A stretch of 59,002 bases of DNA from assembly GCA_024720975.1 (NCBI GenBank), contig JANJXX010000006.1, positions 1 to 59,002 on the forward strand. Direction: 5' to 3'. The notes under the pieces are model-generated. The model searched no databases and was not told the origin of the DNA. It saw nothing but the letters and a program-made list of their open reading frames with translations. Source of the stretch: Thermoproteota archaeon (GTDB lineage: Archaea > Asgardarchaeota > Njordarchaeia > Njordarchaeales > Panguiarchaeaceae). Of this stretch, positions 58,001 to 59,002 are shown piece after piece. Numbering within the stretch: the stretch's first letter is position 1; every line of letters starts with the position of its first letter. The position numbers and the translations under genes are program-made.

Positions 58001-59002
58001 TACAACACATCAACACTACCAGCCGGTGTTACATATACGATTCGAATAGAGGCCAGCATAACAGAAACTCCTCCACCAGGCATTATATTCTTGGATCCAG
58101 TACCTGTTCTGAGGGATCTTACAGTAAGGGAAAGAATAGCAATATCAGAAGTTACAGTAGATCCTGCAACGGTAATATTCTGGAACGAATCGCTAACAAT
58201 AACTGTTAGATTGACAGACGCCTTTGATGGCTCAATTGTAGGCGGCGCATCCGTGAAAGCTACTATAGTTGGTGTAGGCGACTTTACATTAGTGGAAGTG
58301 TCTGGCGGCGTGTACAGGCTACATATAGGAAACTTCTACTGGAGTGCCGGGCTGTATAACGTAATGATAGTTGCTCACAAGGACAACTATGCACGAGTGG
58401 AGAAGTCATTTGCTGTGTATGTAGATGAAAGACCGACCGATCTTAATGCACCACAGTACATAGAAATACAATGGCAAAGTAGTTATAGTCTAATTGCAGA
58501 GTACATAGATTCTAGAACCAACCGCCCGATACCTGATGCGAATGTCACATATTATCTGACTGACTTAGCTGGAAACGTAATCTTACAGGGCCAAATGATT
58601 TATTCTCAGGGCAAGTACTCTGTGACACTTAACATAGCTCTATTATCGGAGGGCACATATATGGTAAACATTCAGGCGAGTAAAAGCAACTACCAAAGCA
58701 GAACCGTGAGTATTTACCTCGCGATAAGGGCCCGAGCTACACAACTATCCGCGGAGACTACTAAGCTATCTCTAATCTATGGGCAAGATATCTCTATCAG
58801 ATTCTACTACAAGGATATAGAGTCTGGTGAACTAGTGACTGAAGCCGAGGCCTCGTATGATATGCTAGGCGTGGACGTTGACTACTCCTCAAGTGGTAGC
58901 TTGCTAGACCTTGGAAACGGAACATACCTGCTATTTATACCAACGACAAACATAGGCTTCATTGGAACATTCTCAGTCACAATATTCCTATCCAAAGTCC
59001 AC
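55067..59002 (+). CDS. Giant secreted/surface protein (>1312 aa, 3' partial): DUF2341-like N-terminus, PPC-like domains, Ig-like repeats
   Basis: ATG 55067 after GGTG gives MLYRRALSVLILAAL (signal peptide), WWNESWEYRVNLTI, DPGLIVYDPNG and DNLDLYICNPDG, then beta-rich repeats. The start and the last codon are in the same frame and the track lists no closed ORF there, so the frame appears open to the window end. Confidence 0.88.
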   Translation, partial: MLYRRALSVLILAALIIQPIALINEIMGYYSNAHKKPETTIKEVGDSIYIIKRLPNEIITVKIDKKLLKAEQAGSTHSLWWNESWEYRVNLTITEPNVIDRTDWPVDAYLSFNPPAQKYSVRLIEVLSSEPYFQEVPYQLWNITMYNSTHISSATITFLTSIAYGGSKQFQIYWSTLEKDPPSYPKRVSVTTASSPEGTQYTVSSSQGWSVKIPPTLGGKVSNLTLASGDTIGHTHLHFGISRNPTLTYEGYLGTGNTDSGSYMWRGIDEYQDPLTNIYAGIVFVTYKVTNLALIDQNLGEIAKVNFTYRFYPWGIIVEEKVVWQTSDDATYFVGGWVFDQNNGAGPASTFDRVGSDTDISRLPPVIEYPRLTGSIAGTFGKILGNTSGPWLRVHRVYLTAGSHTIAVTGTPDDPGLIVYDPNGAYVTSRSGVENSVSVTVSVTTAGYYFVAVYCYDEDAPLNGIMDYTLSIDGVVYTVSWVYAANNYGTIPYSAISVRDLPVTSEAVGKEYTVDLSWSTSDNLDLYICNPDGNISGLSIGTTIGERVIFTPPSAGHYTILVSRYSGTSTSVAYTVDILVKAGPEYEDVSGTATGRNLAFFHSTEPRGIGIDILSEELPGTPGSVSTIWYNEGDDSEEDYIFWARRYTGLQVSLGSSLRIRYAIILWSPAGTTDSERFADFSRLVKMVENPLQRSLGSVERYKILVAVEALDKDEAGIQNVNISFYDSSGIKRYSRLTGADGRAIFDVERVFWNITAEFASGGYTYKSFIQAYYNNSAEYGYTVHSTSESIHFSELVKFVIRAFTNETPPNILSGGYIYLNSSAEKNAKNMDMVVAGYTDAYGYFHAYIPYGSWSLRFNRTGNWDHTILYVDESLQNNITPVGIIHTLDINTGVIYYLRDWDFPQLGVTTVAGKLEVVTTPSPLVIYWKDTFTITIGLKRSDTDELINGTINWWIIAPDGTILDSGSVISNRNYVYIVYNTSTLPAGVTYTIRIEASITETPPPGIIFLDPVPVLRDLTVRERIAISEVTVDPATVIFWNESLTITVRLTDAFDGSIVGGASVKATIVGVGDFTLVEVSGGVYRLHIGNFYWSAGLYNVMIVAHKDNYARVEKSFAVYVDERPTDLNAPQYIEIQWQSSYSLIAEYIDSRTNRPIPDANVTYYLTDLAGNVILQGQMIYSQGKYSVTLNIALLSEGTYMVNIQASKSNYQSRTVSIYLAIRARATQLSAETTKLSLIYGQDISIRFYYKDIESGELVTEAEASYDMLGVDVDYSSSGSLLDLGNGTYLLFIPTTNIGFIGTFSVTIFLSKVH

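Noticed and set aside
1-59002. CRISPR array, tRNA or rRNA genes
   Set aside because: No regularly spaced direct repeats, cloverleaf or rRNA-like stretch was seen by eye. The repeated hairpins are dispersed, not arrayed.

Overview
A gene-dense archaeal window, probably from an anaerobic (hyper)thermophile. The evidence is GGTG(A) Shine-Dalgarno motifs before many starts, the branched-chain polyamine synthase BpsA, an archaeal dUTPase, a flavodiiron protein and a 2-oxoacid:ferredoxin oxidoreductase. An Asgard/TACK-type host is an inference only. Most of the window serves peptide and amino-acid scavenging: a Dpp/Opp ABC operon, an OPT transporter, an M1 aminopeptidase, TldDE, an isoaspartyl peptidase, an OFOR and a lysine/saccharopine dehydrogenase. 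It also has a BMP-type nucleoside ABC transporter and two secreted surface proteins, one of which (>1312 aa) runs off the 3' end and is missing from the ORF track. The most interesting signal is non-coding. Six copies of an IS200/IS605-type miniature element are present. The best-preserved copies show a TTAC target, AAAG/GAAC guide tetranucleotides and a TCAG end. Two long copies carry a TATA-like box and a shared omegaRNA-like interior but no tnpB. Two copies sit antisense on host stop codons and supply a new in-frame TGA. There is also an IS607-type element with an HTH-only TnpA, a TnpB whose RuvC-III Asp appears replaced by His, and a pseudoknotted omegaRNA; it lies in a deletion that destroyed a PadR-linked ABC exporter. 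Other notable items are an orphan omegaRNA-like remnant, a circularly permuted peptide-binding protein and an unannotated tiny ORF that resembles ribosomal eL41/eS32 in one frame. No tRNA, rRNA or CRISPR array was recognised. All family assignments come from motif recognition by eye, not database searches.
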